DNA of 64,000 bases, from positions 7,256,001 through 7,320,000 of the forward strand of contig NC_087250.1 in assembly GCF_037042905.1 (NCBI RefSeq). Reading direction: 5' to 3'. This DNA is from Lytechinus pictus. Its lineage: Eukaryota. The translations under genes were made by a program, and so were the position numbers. Shown here one piece after another: positions 39,233 to 52,860 of this stretch. Numbering within the stretch: position 1 is the first letter of the stretch; each line of letters opens with the position of its first letter. Below the pieces are notes generated by a model. The model was not told the DNA's origin. It saw only the letters and a program-made list of their open reading frames with translations, and did no database searches.

Positions 39233-39942
39233 CAGTGCGTCCTAGAAAAAACGAAACCGACATTTAGCGATGATTTATCATAACTTAATCATAAATAAAA
39301 TAGACAAATGACCTATCAATGTAAAGCTTAGAATCCCCTCTTTTATCTGGTATTACTTAGATTATTCCTCATTCACGCATGAGTGAGCAGAAACAATCCG
39401 AAGAAAGGATGCAAAAAACTCATTTGGCGGGGGGTATCTGAATTTCAAAAGGAAAATCATATGACTAAAAAGTTCAATATCTGCTCTTTTATTTGATACC
39501 TTAATCACAGAAAATGGTCGAGAAGTAAAAAAGTTATGATCCCTCGAAACTATGCTTGTATTTTCATAATTTCATTAAATAAACGTGTTTTCATCGGTTT
39601 CCCATAGAGACTTTTATGAAATCATTGAAATTCAAGCCTTATTTCAAATAACCAGAACTTTGTTATTTCTTGACCATTTTCTGTAATTGAGGTATCAAAT
39701 TAAAGAGCAGATATTGAACTTTTTAAAAATGTGGTTTTCTTTTTAAAACCTAGATACGGCCAGCCAAGTGACTTTTTGGTATCCCCTTTTCAAATTGTTA
39801 TTGTGAGAAATAATCTAAGTAATTTCAGATGAAAGAGGAGATTCTAAGCTTTACAATGGTAGGTCATTTGTATATTGTACTTGTGATTAAGTTATAATAA
39901 ATCTTCGATAAATCTCGGTTTCGTTTTTTGTGGGACGCACTG
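39233..39942. mobile_element. Tc1/mariner-like MITE with long inverted arms
   Basis: ta|cagtgcgtcctagaaaaaacgaaaccga ... tcggtttcgttttttgtgggacgcactg|ta. Confidence 0.88.
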
Positions 39943-40794
39943 TACATGTACATCGAACAACACAATATTCATTTTTACTACTTCGGGGCCCCGTCTTAAA
40001 CTGCAAAAACTCCGGTGTTGATTTAACACCAGCCCTGAATCTATATATGTCCACACCAGAGAAGTGTTAAACAGCACCAGTTTCGTTTTGGTCTAACACC
40101 AGAAAGGTGTTTATACAATACCAATTAGTATTAAAACAGCATCGGTTTGACTAGTGTTGTTTCAATACTTCTTTGGTGTGGACAAAATTATAGATTCCGG
40201 GCTGGTGTTAAATCAACAACAGAGTTTTTGCACTGCTTACAAAGAGTTACGATTGGTCCGATCAACCTCATGTATCTGGAAATTCATCAAAGTCATAATT
40301 TTTTCTCACGAAATTTCTTGAAAACAAAGAGAAACATACTGAATTGTCAAGAACATGATGAATGTGCATCATATTTAGAAAATACTTTGAACAAACATGT
40401 ATTTTATAAGCTGATGTTGCTGGCATTCCATAGTTGTGGTTGATCGGATCAATTGTAAGTCTTTGTAAGACGGGGCCCAGGTATTACGTCATCTTTTACA
40501 CCTCATCTGTATTTAAATGAGAATCAAACTTGGTTATTAAATGAGTCTTTCATCCTTAATTACTTACAAATTATTTCACATGATATTCAGAAACTTATAT
40601 CGCATTTCATTCTTTCCTTTCCCCTCCTTTTTCTCTATCTCTTTTTCGTCTTGGTCGATAAACTTTTTGGGTCCGTGACCCCAAGTCCCCCTATATGTAC
40701 ACCATTGTTGAAAAACAAAGTTAAAACGAGAAATATGAAAAGGAAATTTAAAAGGAAAATCATTGTGGTTAGACTTATTATTGTCAAAATATAT

Positions 40795-41345
40795 ACATAC
40801 ATACATACATACATACATACATACATACACACATACATACATACATACATACATACATACATACATACATACATACATACATACATACATACATACATAC
40901 ATACATACATACATACATACATACATACATACATACATACATACATACATACATAACAGGTACTTATATAGCGCTTTACCAAAAATATGATCAAAGCGCT
41001 TTACAATAAATAACTAATAACAATAATAATGAAATACATTAAACAGCACTTAAGAATGTATCTACGGGGACTGGTACCTGATCTTAATGCCCTGTTCACC
41101 CGCAGTTAAGGGAACTTGCACAGAAGGCAATCCGGCAGGTTCATAACTCACAAGGGCTCTAAAAACACCAGGCCTAAGGTAAACCCTAACAAAAAAAAAA
41201 ACTTACGAAAGAGAACTAAACATGAATATTTACAGCATTAGTTACACCAAAAAATAATATAAGGAGAAAAAATTCAATGAGCAAATAAATGTGTTTTAAG
41301 CAGAGATTTAAAAGTTTTAAGCTTGTCAGCAGATCTTAGTGTTAC
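40795..41345 (-). mobile_element. L2-like LINE 3' end with (ATGT)n tail
   Basis: The minus strand reads LRSADKLKTFKSLLKTHLFAH*, then a 3' UTR ending aagcgctttg..aaagcgctatataag, then the (TGTA)n array 40795-40952. Confidence 0.7.
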
Positions 41346-41755
41346 ATAACTAGCTAATAAATAAATCTTGTATATTATATAGGCAATAAACATCAATAAA
41401 CATTTCAAAGAGAACCATTGCTTTCTACCCTTTCTCCTAATAAAATAAACACAGTGTCAAACAATGTGATCACATAGTGACCTATGTGACAAAATTATTC
41501 ACACTATTAAAAAGCTCAAATTCAACAGTGTGAAGATATTTCCACACTGTAGACACTTCGACAGTGTAATAGTCACTGTTCACAGCGTGTTCACATGGTC
41601 GACTATTATGTGACTCACACTGCTGAAATGCTCAAAGTTAGCAGTGTGAAGGTGATTTACATTGTGTTCCACACTGTGAACACACTGTGGCACACACTGT
41701 GGTACATTGTGTACTATCCAGTAGGGATATAACAAGCAAATGCAATCATACTTAC

Positions 41756-41935
41756 GGTGGATGAAGAGAAGTCTGGATGTACGTGTTAAGTCTGCCACTG
41801 GTTGGATGGGGAATGGACATTGCGCTGTGTACGCTTGGCAGCGGTGAAGTCATAGCAGTCGTCATGTGTAAAAATACCATCCCAATTAGAGACGTTGCAA
41901 CGGATCGTGGGTCAAGGTGCGCCCCTTTTATCATG
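41756..41935 (-). other. Probable promoter / non-coding first exon of gene A
   Basis: Ends in consensus donor catccacc|gtaagt. Conserved in inverted orientation with 51990-52163. The transcription start cannot be placed. Confidence 0.6.
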
Positions 41936-42289
41936 ATTAAAGCCCTTTTTTATTTGGGAGATCTTTTTTTTTCTTGAAAAAAATTGTGACAAGGAAAAGA
42001 ATTCAACAAATTTGCGACTTTCCCCGTCGAAAGAAGTTTTTTGAAAGCCCCCCCCCCCTCCCGCAGTACTCACTCTATGTTTTAGTTGGCCGGTTTTCTT
42101 TGTGAGCCCTGCTAAATGTGGGAATTCTCGATTATAAACAAATTCATAATTTATACAAATCAATCATTTCTTTGTCGCGTCATTCTATTCGAAATAGATG
42201 GGAAAACACCACAGATGGGAAAATAAGCATAACGATAAACCAATGACAATGGACCAACCCTGTTGCAAAACACAGTATCAGATAATGTG

Positions 42290-44230
42290 TATACAATGGC
42301 TTCACTGTGTGTTTACTTTGTCTTCATAGTGTGTTCACTGTGTGTTGACAGTGTGTTCTCAATGTGTTCACTGTGTGTTCACATTGTGTTCACAGTGCAT
42401 TTACAGTGTGTTCACATTGTGTTCACAGTGTGTTGACAGTGTGTTGACAGTGTGTGCACAGTGTATTCACAGTGCGTTTACAGTGTGTTCAAAGTGTGTT
42501 CATAGTGTGTTCAAAGTGTGTCCAAATTGTGTTTACAGTATATGAACAGTGTATTCACTGTATATTTACAGTGTTTATTGTTTTCAGAGTGTGTTTACAA
42601 TGTGTTCAAAGTGTGTTCATAATGTGTTTCAAAGTTTCAGAGTTTTAAACTGTTTTCCAATTTTTCTTATATTATGTACACAGTGTGTACAGAGTGCGTT
42701 CTCTGTGCATTTACAGTGTGTTCATAGTGTGTTCTCTGTGTGGTTACAGAGTATTCATAGTGTGTGCACAGTGTGTTCACAGTGCGTTTACAGTGTCTTC
42801 AAAGTGTGTTCATAGTGTGTTCAAAGTGTGTCCAAATTGTGTTCACAGTATATAAACAGTGTATTCATTGTGCATAAGGTTTCAGAGTGTGTTTACAGTG
42901 TGTTCACAGTGTGTTCACAGTGTGTTCACATTGTATTCACAGTGTGTTCACTGTGTGTTTACAGTGTGTTTACTGTATGTTGACAGTGTGTTGACAGTGT
43001 GTGCACAGTATATTCACAGTGCGTTTACAGTGTGTTCAAAGTGTGTTCATAGTGTGTTCAAAGTGTGTCCAAATTGTGTTTACAGTATATAAACAGTGTA
43101 TTCACTGTATATTTACAGTGTGTGCATAGTGTTTTCAGAGTGTGTTTACAATGTGTTCAAAGTGAGTTGATAATGTGTTTCAAAGTTTCAGAGTTTTAAA
43201 CTGTTTTCCAATTGTTCTTATAGTATGTACACAATGTGTACAGAGTGTGTTCTCTGTGCGTTTACAGTGTGTTCATAGTGTGTTTACAGTGTGTTCATAG
43301 TGTGTTCTCTGTGCGTTTACAGTGTGTTCATAGTGTGAGGTTCTGTGCGTTTACAGTGTGTTCATAGTGTGTTCTCTGTGCGTTTACGGTGTGTTCACAG
43401 TGTGTTTTCTGTGTGTTTACAGTGTGTTAATAGTGTGTTCTCTGTGCGTTTACAGTATCTTCTCTCTGCGTTTACAGAGTGTGTTTACAATGTGTTCAAA
43501 GTGAGTTGATAATGTGTTTCAAAGTTTCAGAGTTTTAAACTGTTTTCCAATTGTTCTTATAGTATGTACACAATGTGTACAGAGTGTGTTCTCTGTGCGT
43601 TTACAGTGTGTTCATAGTGTGTTTACAGTGTGTTCATAGTGTGTTCTCTGTGCGTTTACAGTGTGTTCATAGTGTGAGGTTCTGTGCGTTTACAGTGTGT
43701 TCATAGTGTGTACAGAGTGTGTTCTCTGTGCGTTTACAGTGTGTTCATAGTGTGTTTACAGTGTGTTCATATTGTGTACAGAGTGTGTTCTCTGTGCGTT
43801 TACAGTGTGTTCATAGTGTGTTTACAGTGTGTTCATAGTGTGTTCTCTGTGCGTTTACAGTGTGTTCATAGTGTGAGGTTCTGTGCGTTTACAGTGTGTT
43901 CATAGTGTGTTCTCTGTGCATTTACGGTGTGTTCACAGTGTGTTTTCTGTGTGTTTACAGTGTGTTAATAGTGTGTTCTCTGTGCGTTTACAGTGTGTTC
44001 TCTCTGCGTTTACAGTGTGTTCATAGTGTGTTCTCTGTGCGTTTACAGTGTGTTCATAGTGTGTTCTCTGTGCGTTTACAGTGTGTTCACAACGTGTTTT
44101 CTGTGTGTTTACAGTGTGTTCATAGTGTGTTCTTTGTGCGTTTACAGTGTGTTCATACAGTGTTCTCTGTGCGTTTACAGTGTGTTCATAGTGTGATTAC
44201 ATGTTTAAATTGTGTACACAGTGTGTTCGC
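42290..44230. repeat. Minisatellite built on ~11-bp cagtgtgtt(c/t)a units with higher-order duplications
   Basis: Repeated ctgtgcgtttacagtgtgttcatagtgtgttct. The larger block gtttcaaagtttcagagttttaaactgttttccaa occurs 3 times. Confidence 0.95.
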
Positions 44231-46813
44231 TGTAGTACGGCACTGTGCGGAACCGTGTTCTCTGATCTGAATTGATTTGATATAATACATTTTTCATTAC
44301 ATAACAAACATAATATATTGATATCTGTTTTGGGTGTGAGTTGTAAAAAGACTATCATTCTAAATAAATATGATAAATATTCACAATTTGCAGGATTGTC
44401 ATCATGAATACATTGCTCGAAAATGAAAACTCTTTAAATTAAACGATTTATAAGCAGAATGGAAATATCTGTTCAGAATTTGAATAATGAAGATGGAGAT
44501 GAAAAGTATGGGGAATTGCTCGTCTTGTATGAGATCAATACAGTTTACCCATTAATCCCATTCATTTATTCACAAGAAGTGCGTCATGGTATAGTACTCA
44601 ATACTAAAACTAGCATTTGTAATCACACCATTTTTTTCCACACTTCTTTGATTTCATGATGGGCTCCCGATATCTACGACAATGATTTTTTAGATAAAAT
44701 TATGTAATCAGATGTAAAAGTTTACTGTCATTACACGTGAACTAGACACGCCCTCATACGCACACAAACAAGAAATATCATATTTTCATTGTCGAGCTGG
44801 TTGAACTTTGCAAGAATTTTGATAATGATGAGGTATGACAGCAACAAAGATCATTACACTCTTAAAAATGTTGGGCAACATACTGTCCACACAACGATTG
44901 GTTAAAATTTTATCAAATTCTGGGTAGTTTTAAACCAATAATGTGTGCTTTGGGTAAAAACTACACAGTATTGGTAGAGTTGGATAATTTTTTTTTAACC
45001 AATTGATGTGTGGAGAGTGGTTGGACAGTATGTTGCCCAACATTTTAGGAGTGTAGGCTAGGCGAGGGGTGAAAAGAAAGCGACTATAGACCAGTTCGTA
45101 GTTACTTCTGGGACAATTTTGGTCAAATGACCTTTCATTTCTTTCATTATGATAGGCAGATTTCAAAGCAAGATATTACGTACGCTTGCCTTATATAGCA
45201 GGATGAAGAAATTGAAAAGACCAGGTGACTAGAATAGCACACCAATGAACACTTTATGAAGGTATTCGTTGCATTCCTACTTTGAATGCATATCATAGCA
45301 TGTTGCACAATGTACTTGGCAAACTGTGAAATACCAGTCGTTCTTGGACGCATTGATGTTTTTTGTAAATGAAAACCACAATTTAAAAGAATATATGAAT
45401 AATCAAGACATCAAAGTTGGTGCTTATCTCATTAGATTTTAAACCACCATGTCACTTTAGTACAAATGACCTTCCTCTGATCATGCGTAGAATCTTTTGA
45501 TCATGCGCAGAAAGGAACTACAAACTGGCTTGCTAAAAAAATTCTAAAAGTATAAAACTTTGGCGCAATCATTCTTCACCTCATACTGATCTTTTTTAGG
45601 GGTGGTGTCAAAATTTCAAACACTTGCCTTAGTAACGGTTGCTAGGTATCAAAATTACCATAACAACGTGCATTTCAAGGTGAGCTACCATCCTGTAAAC
45701 CCTCATTATTTCGTGGTCACTCGAGAGCTGAACAAATTCAACTTTATTAACTTTCCTTGGTGTCCCCAAGACATAACCAGGATGCCCCCCTCCCCCCAAA
45801 AAAGATAAATAAATAAGAATGGCCGTAATCCGTATATTCAAGATGAAAGCATTTTCTTTTAAACAGATGTACATTATTACAACATAAAAACAAAGCAGTG
45901 GGGGATGATAGCAATATATTGAGCTGAAAATTTTAATTTTTGGGGGTATCCCCGCATCAAGTCCTACGGGGTACATAAATATGGTCATAATGTTATCATC
46001 TATCACATTTGGTGGTAACATTGGATCCCCTTCGATATTTTTTTCGATTTATGTTTTAATGGTCTTAATTTTGACGTAAACTACTGAATTACATCATGTA
46101 CACTTGGACCGACCATGCATATTGATATGCAAGCAAGTGAAGCATGCGAGCAAATATTTAGTAGTTAGAAAACTGAATGGTATCGTAAACCGTGTTTCTT
46201 TTTAATCCTATACGAGAAAGTGGAGATTAAACAGTCGAAATGTATTCAGTGAACTCTCATTTACTTATTGATTACATGTTGAGATGAGAATGAAAGAGGC
46301 TGTTATCACCATTATTAGGAATAAGGTAGCCTTAATAAAAATAAATGAATGCCATCACAGACCACAATATTACAAGTTACAAGATGAGTTGAATTTATTA
46401 ACAACATTAACATATTTACATGAATGAATATATGTATAATACATATTTACAAGAATGTGTTTGTATAACATGAATCATATAAATGCAATTCATAACATAA
46501 CATAAGCATAGTCTATACACGAATAAAAGCACAATACGATACCGCATGTGATATCAGCATATAATACAAAAGAGTAACATCATGTGGTTTGTCTTAATGC
46601 AGTTTCACCTGACAAGAAGCAAATCACCATAAAAATTAACATAAATTATAAATGTTACGAGTGATTTTGTACCAAAAGAAATGATGTTAAAGGGAGAACC
46701 AAAAGTTAGCACAAGTGCTAGTCGAGAATTGTTTCCCCCAAAGGATCAAAGTGCAATGTATCTACTCTACTAAAACAACTTTCTTTTATTTTTTTTCAAA
46801 CTCATATCAATCA

Positions 46814-46960
46814 TCAAACTTCATTAATCAAGTGATTTTTCAGATTTTTACGAAATGAAAACACTGTTCTTTTCTCTCGAATACTCTGGGGCAAACTATT
46901 CCAAAACTTCGCTCCAATAAAAGATAGAGAAAAAGTGCCATGTGTCGTGTTAATATAAAC
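46814..46960 (-). mobile_element. CR1/L2-clade LINE ORF2 C-terminal fragment
   Basis: FSLSFIGAKFWNSLPQSIREKRTVFSFRKNLKNHL carries the typical WNSLP..FK..LK motif. Confidence 0.75.
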
Positions 46961-48353
46961 TTCCCAAACGGTGGAAGATATCACGTTGATGCAAATCAAA
47001 TGGAAAACAATGGTGAATTAAATGATTTTGAACAGTCTTTAATATTCAGAGATAAAAAAAATATCAAGAATTTGTAAAAAAAAGTTAATTCACATTTTGA
47101 AATACGAAGTACGTTTTTTTTCTAATATTAATTAGTTATAAGTACTAGCATTATGGGATAGACAGGGAAGAGAACGCCTACCAGTATTTTAGTTTCTAAT
47201 TCCATTTCCGCCATAAATCACCAACTACAAAGTATTGTCTCAATTAAATATATTTTGTCTAATAAATTGGAAAGCATGCCAATAATTCATTTCTAACTTG
47301 ATACTGCGTTGTTTTCGAGATAATAGTTATTTTAAGTGTCATATAAAATGGAATGGATAAAGTTACGGGAAATATTACTTTTCTTGTGTTCTAGTAACGG
47401 TAATGATTGGATCACTTTCACCATTTAATAGCGTAATAAGTCAAACCAGGCGCAGATCCAGGGGGGGGGGGGGGAGACAGGGGGCACATGCCCCCCTTTA
47501 AGAAGCAAAATCAAAATTTGTAATGTAAAAATGCCATTAAAATAGAGGTGTGCAACCTCTTTTGAAATTGAAGACCTTTTTTTTTTGCTTGTCAATTTTT
47601 TTCGGGTACGAAATATCCTTAATTTGTGGTTGAAAATCTTTTTTTTTGGCTTGTCAAAATTTTCCTCCGAAAAATTCCCCCCCCCCCCCCTTTGGAAAAT
47701 CCTGGATCCGCCCCTGAGTCAAACATTTTGAGGGGAACGGACAAGGTGTATGGGGCGACATGTAAAGAAAGCTGCGACGAGAGCAAGGAATATTTTTTTA
47801 ATGTTTTATACAAAAATCTAATTTTGTGATAGATTTTGACAGAATATTCCGATAATAATATAATATTTAACTTTTGGCCTTTAATATTCTTTCGTTTTCG
47901 TCTCGCGTGCATAGCAGAGGCGCCGCTTTTCCGAAAACGGCAGCGGCGTCGTCAAACATTAAAATCTTAATCAAGGTTAAGTTTTTGAAATGTCATCATA
48001 ACCTAGGAAGTACATGTAAATGGACACATTTCATATTTTATTTATTCTAATTATCTTCTCATTGTCAAGTGAAATAATGATTAAGTCCTCCCTAAACATG
48101 TGGAATTAACATTGTTTGATATGGTTCAGTCAAGTTGGTCCTCATTGTCAAATCTGTTTTAAAAAAATGAAATATTGTATAATTCAAACAATAAAAAAAA
48201 AAAAAAGTTCGGCTGGTTACTATTCACAGCCGATCTGGATCTATTTTAAATCCTTGGAATTTTGAGTGTATCTCCCTCCCCAAAGGTGTCAAGATATGAT
48301 CTCCCCAGCCCCTCCATTCACTCCGGTGTACTAAGGGTGTATCGATTGGCTTA

Positions 48354-49860
48354 CACACTAAGAAATTCGGGTTCAATTTTACACCCCTAGGGGTGCACAA
48401 GCTTTTCCCTTTACGAGTACCCTAGTCTAGATTCTAGACGCCGGTGTACTTGTTATTTCTCTCCCCTTGCTTTATTCTCCCATGCGCGCCATCTCCAGTG
48501 ATCGCGCTATCCCCTCTTTCACGCCCCTCACCTGTGATGAGGGTAGGAAATCGTGGGGCTGTTTTCATTTCGGGCGTAGAGGTCGAGGATTGTGTTATTG
48601 ATCAACTGAAAAGTAGAACAGTCCTGGCAAAGGACTACGAGTACCCATACAATGCCCTAGCGGTGCACACGTACACCCCGAATATGGATGTACAGTGTGC
48701 ACCTCTATTTGGGGTGACCATCTGCACCTTAGAAGGTGTACACGTCTACCCCTCAGAGAGCATAATGTACCCCCACCCAAAATAACAAAAAGATTGTCGA
48801 GACTTCCGGTCCATTCACTTTCTGTATCGATTTATTTTAGTTACCTTGGTTGGGACTCGAACCCTCCTCGTTCTATCTGTAGCCGCGATATAACCTGATT
48901 CTGTTTTGACTTGTGCTTATAGTTGTTGTTCAACTATAGCTCTATTTACTGTTTCTCCAAATGTATACGTAATCAAATGTGTTTTTGAAACAATCATCAT
49001 CATCACATAAATGTTAAAGAAAAAAAGATTTCACTTAGGTAAAGTGAAACGCGTTAGTGCATTTCGGGTAATCTTCGACCACAAATCAACTTAATCTATA
49101 CCATATACGTTTATCAGCAAGACTGCTGGGGTGCACGTTAATAGTACAGGGGTGTACAACAGACACCTACTCTCGCATTAAAGGGGAATCCAACCCAAAT
49201 AAAAACTTGTTTTTATAAGGAAAAGAAAAATCAGACAAGTTGATAGGTGAAAGTTTCAACAATATGGAACAAACAACAAGAAAGTTATGAATTTTTAAAA
49301 GTTGTAAATATTGGTAATCACTATACCAATGGAGACTTCAAATTGGCCGCATATGGGATGTCATAGTGATGTAAGGCAAGGACTACTCTTCCATGTACTC
49401 CAATACATTTTTTTGCTAAAATGTCATTTTTTACAAAAGTTTTATTTCAAATTATATTTTTCTTTCATGAGGACATAAAACAATATACTACCGGGGTTAT
49501 ATTTAGATTACTGCCCCAGGGGAATGGGTACTTAGGAGAAAACCACAAATCCCTGATAATAAAGTACATGGCCTATGGGAAAGTTGTCCTTGCCCCTTGT
49601 CATAATTTACTTACACAGTTGCCAATTTGAAATCTACATAGTATTAGTGATCTCAATTTTAAAGCAGCTATAACTTTCTTTTTGCTTGTCCGATTTCTTT
49701 CAAACTTTCACCATTCTGTTTAATTTATTTGTCTCCTTCCCAACACAACATTTTATGGCCAAGGCTGGATTCTCCTTTAAGAGCTAACTTGCACCTCAAT
49801 GGTTTTGCGAGGTGTACGCACGTATCGTATACCCCATTTGCACCGGGATTTCTTAGTGTG
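48354..49860. mobile_element. TA-flanked TIR element containing a nested TTAA element (49182-49776)
   Basis: Outer ta|cacactaagaaat ... atttcttagtgtg|ta. Inner ttaa|aggggaatcca ... tggattctcct|ttaa. Confidence 0.85.
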
Positions 49861-51989
49861 TATGATCAAAGTTATAACCATATCTAAAAGTCGTTGGAAT
49901 CAGACAATTCATAAATGGCTCACTATAACATATTCACCGGGAGGTACCGAATATGGCTCTGCGTAAATAAACAAAATTCATGAATGTGAAGATACAATTC
50001 AGTAAATAATCATTAGGAACATTAATTCACTACTCATTGTTATTATCATTAACAAAATTAATATTCAAGGCAAGATGGGCTTGCTCATTTGGCACACTTG
50101 AACCTTGATGTTTATGAATTGATAGAGCAGGAGAAATTATATGGTTAAGTAAAAATATAATTTTTTTATAGAAGTATACCATTTTACAGTGATTGGTTCA
50201 AAGTCGGTATTTTCTTCCTTCGCGATAGTTTTGAGAATGGATCATTCAAGAGTGTAGGCATTATTTCAAATATGTTAACCACTTGAAAAAGTAAATGTTG
50301 TTTTTTATTGTAGTAAATTACAAAAGCAATTTCAAATGCATGGTTACTGAATGTTATAAACATTTGTAGCAAAACCCTTACGTTACCATGGTTAACATTT
50401 AAAATTATCAACAAAAAAAGACAAAAATATATGATTTAAGCAGTAAACAGTATTAGACTCTAATTTAGTTGTGTAATAGATATACCGTATATAGATTTAC
50501 AATGTCAATTTCGGGTTAACATCTTAGGTGTTTATATTTTTGGTCACGTGTTTTCAGACTTTTTATAGAGATTGAAGATAATAGATTTCGAGAATTCGGT
50601 TTCAATTTACTCTATAATTTACTTCCCACTGGGAAAAACCTTCATAAGTGTACAATAATCAATAGTAATTTATTTTTTAATTGTAATATTGAATAAGATT
50701 AATCATGCCTTTTCTGACTGCAAGTTAAACTAATCACTTCTTATTTTCGTTAAATATTTGATTAAAAAACTCTTCCATACCGAATTAAATATGGGTTATT
50801 TATTAACATTGGAAAATGCTGATTTAGATTTGGTAATATTTATTGCAATATGGAGTATTTCAGGCGTATCTATAAATTGATTTTGGAGAGAAATTTACCT
50901 GGTTTCATTAAAAGAAACTGTCTTGTTTTCTTATTAAAAAAAGAGATTGCAAAAAGGAACAATTTGCCGAACTGTTTGATACATTGTATTTAATTGTATT
51001 ATTTTCGTTGTCAAAATTTCATGATTGTTATTATTTTTATCATTTGTCTATGTTATGCTTTGATTTTTGTAAATAAAATTCTCGTTATTGTCACATATTG
51101 ACACGGACCCTCACGGGATCAAGACGGCAATGCCAGCGTGATCCCGGGAGGTACGGATAGTTTTGCCCCCGATTAAGCATCGATGACTGTACACGGCATC
51201 GACACGGAATCTTCACACGGACCATGCCCGCAGAGCACGTCGTCTACACGGATCACCAGGGCGTCAACACGGACTAACACGGCAGCTACACGGTCAGCTA
51301 CACGGACCAACATGTCAGCAACACGGACAAACACGTCAGCTACACGGACCAACACGTCAGCTACACGGACCAACACGGTAGCTATACTGACCAGTACAGC
51401 AGATTATTCATTTCATTCTTTTTCCCATCCTTGTCGCGTCAACATCGTAATTGTTTTCTAAGTGAATTACAAAAAAACTAATCTAAACTCCAAACTTCCT
51501 TAAACAGTATAAACGCTGTGCTTATTTTTTCATAACCCAGTTTACTATTTTTACAGTGGTTAAGTGCTTGAAATCCTAAACAGCAAAGTTTAATTTAATA
51601 TAAATAGAGCAGGTTTATATCAACTGCATAACAACTACTGGAAAGTTTATAATGTAAACAGCGTTGTATGAAATTGATGTGATAAATGACACGGACTGCC
51701 AAGGACACTCCTGGCATCCACACGGCAACTACACAGCAGCAACATGGACCATCCCGGATTGCTTTGTCAACACGGCAGTCCACGGATGACGCCGGATGTT
51801 TTCGACTGCCAAAATCTGCCGTCGTGTTGGCCTCGCGGACGTTCAAGGACCAGCGCAGACCTCGGACCAGCACGGACCCCCACGGACCTCCAATGATGCC
51901 CAAGGCGCCAACAAGGATCTCTCCCCCGGATCAGATCTGGGATGGTCCGGGGTCTATATTTGACTCAGGGGCTTTAGGAGGGAAGAAAT

Positions 51990-52163
51990 GATGAAGGGGC
52001 GCACCGCACCTTGACCCACGATCCGTGGTAATGCCTAATGGTATGCTTTTACACATGACGGCTGCTATGACTGCACCGCTGCCAAGCGTACACAGCGCAT
52101 GTACATTTCCCATCTAATCGGTGACAGACTAAACAAGTACATCCTGACTTCTCTCTATCCACC
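51990..52163 (+). other. Probable promoter / non-coding first exon of gene B
   Basis: Ends in tatccacc|gtaagt. Inverted homolog of 41756-41935. Confidence 0.6.
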
Positions 52164-52190
52164 GTAAGTATGATTGTATTTGCTTGTTAT

Positions 52191-52860
52191 ATCCCTACTG
52201 GAAAGTGCACAATGTCCCACAGTGTGTTCCACAGTGTGGAACACAATGTGAAATCACCTTCGCAGTGTTGAATTTGAGCATTTCAACAATAGTCGGGTCA
52301 ATATACGGCCAAAAATACTCCTACCCAAATAAATTACAACAAGCTGTTTTTCACTGTTTCTGGTACCATTTGACCTCAGAAATAACATACTAAAAATCTA
52401 CCGAAATCCGCATCCGGGAAAGTGGTTAATTTCAAGATGGCGTCCAAGATGGCAACCGTTCATTTAAAACGGGTGCGGATTTTGATAGATTTTTTGTATG
52501 CTATTCTTGAATTCAAATAGTACCAGAAACAATTGGAATTTTGCAATTTTGGGGGTCAACCTATATATTGACCTAACTACAATGTGAGTCATATAGTCAA
52601 CCATGTGAACATGCTTTCGAGGTGTCCACTGTGTGAAACATATCTTCACACTGTTGAGTTTGAGCATTTCAACAGTGCGAATCGCATGTTCACATAGTCG
52701 ACTATGTGAACATGCTGTGAACAGCCACACTGTCGAGGTGTCCACAGTGTGAAAATATCTCTACACTGTTGAATTTGAGCATTTCAACAGTGTGGATAAT
52801 ATTTTCACATATTCCACACTGTGATCACACTGTATGACACTGTGTTCTTTCCAGTAGGGA
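52191..52860. mobile_element. TIR element rich in cacagtgtg, with nested insertion 52290-52579
   Basis: tccctactggaaag ... ctttccagtaggga. Inner tagtcgggtcaatata/tatattgacctaacta flanked by caa. Confidence 0.8.

Noticed and set aside
40576..40994. MYVC/YIHT repeat ORFs
   Set aside because: (ACAT)n microsatellite.
41752..41934. Conserved upstream ORF in the first exon
   Set aside because: The paralogous copy is frameshifted and stops early (ccc atc taa).
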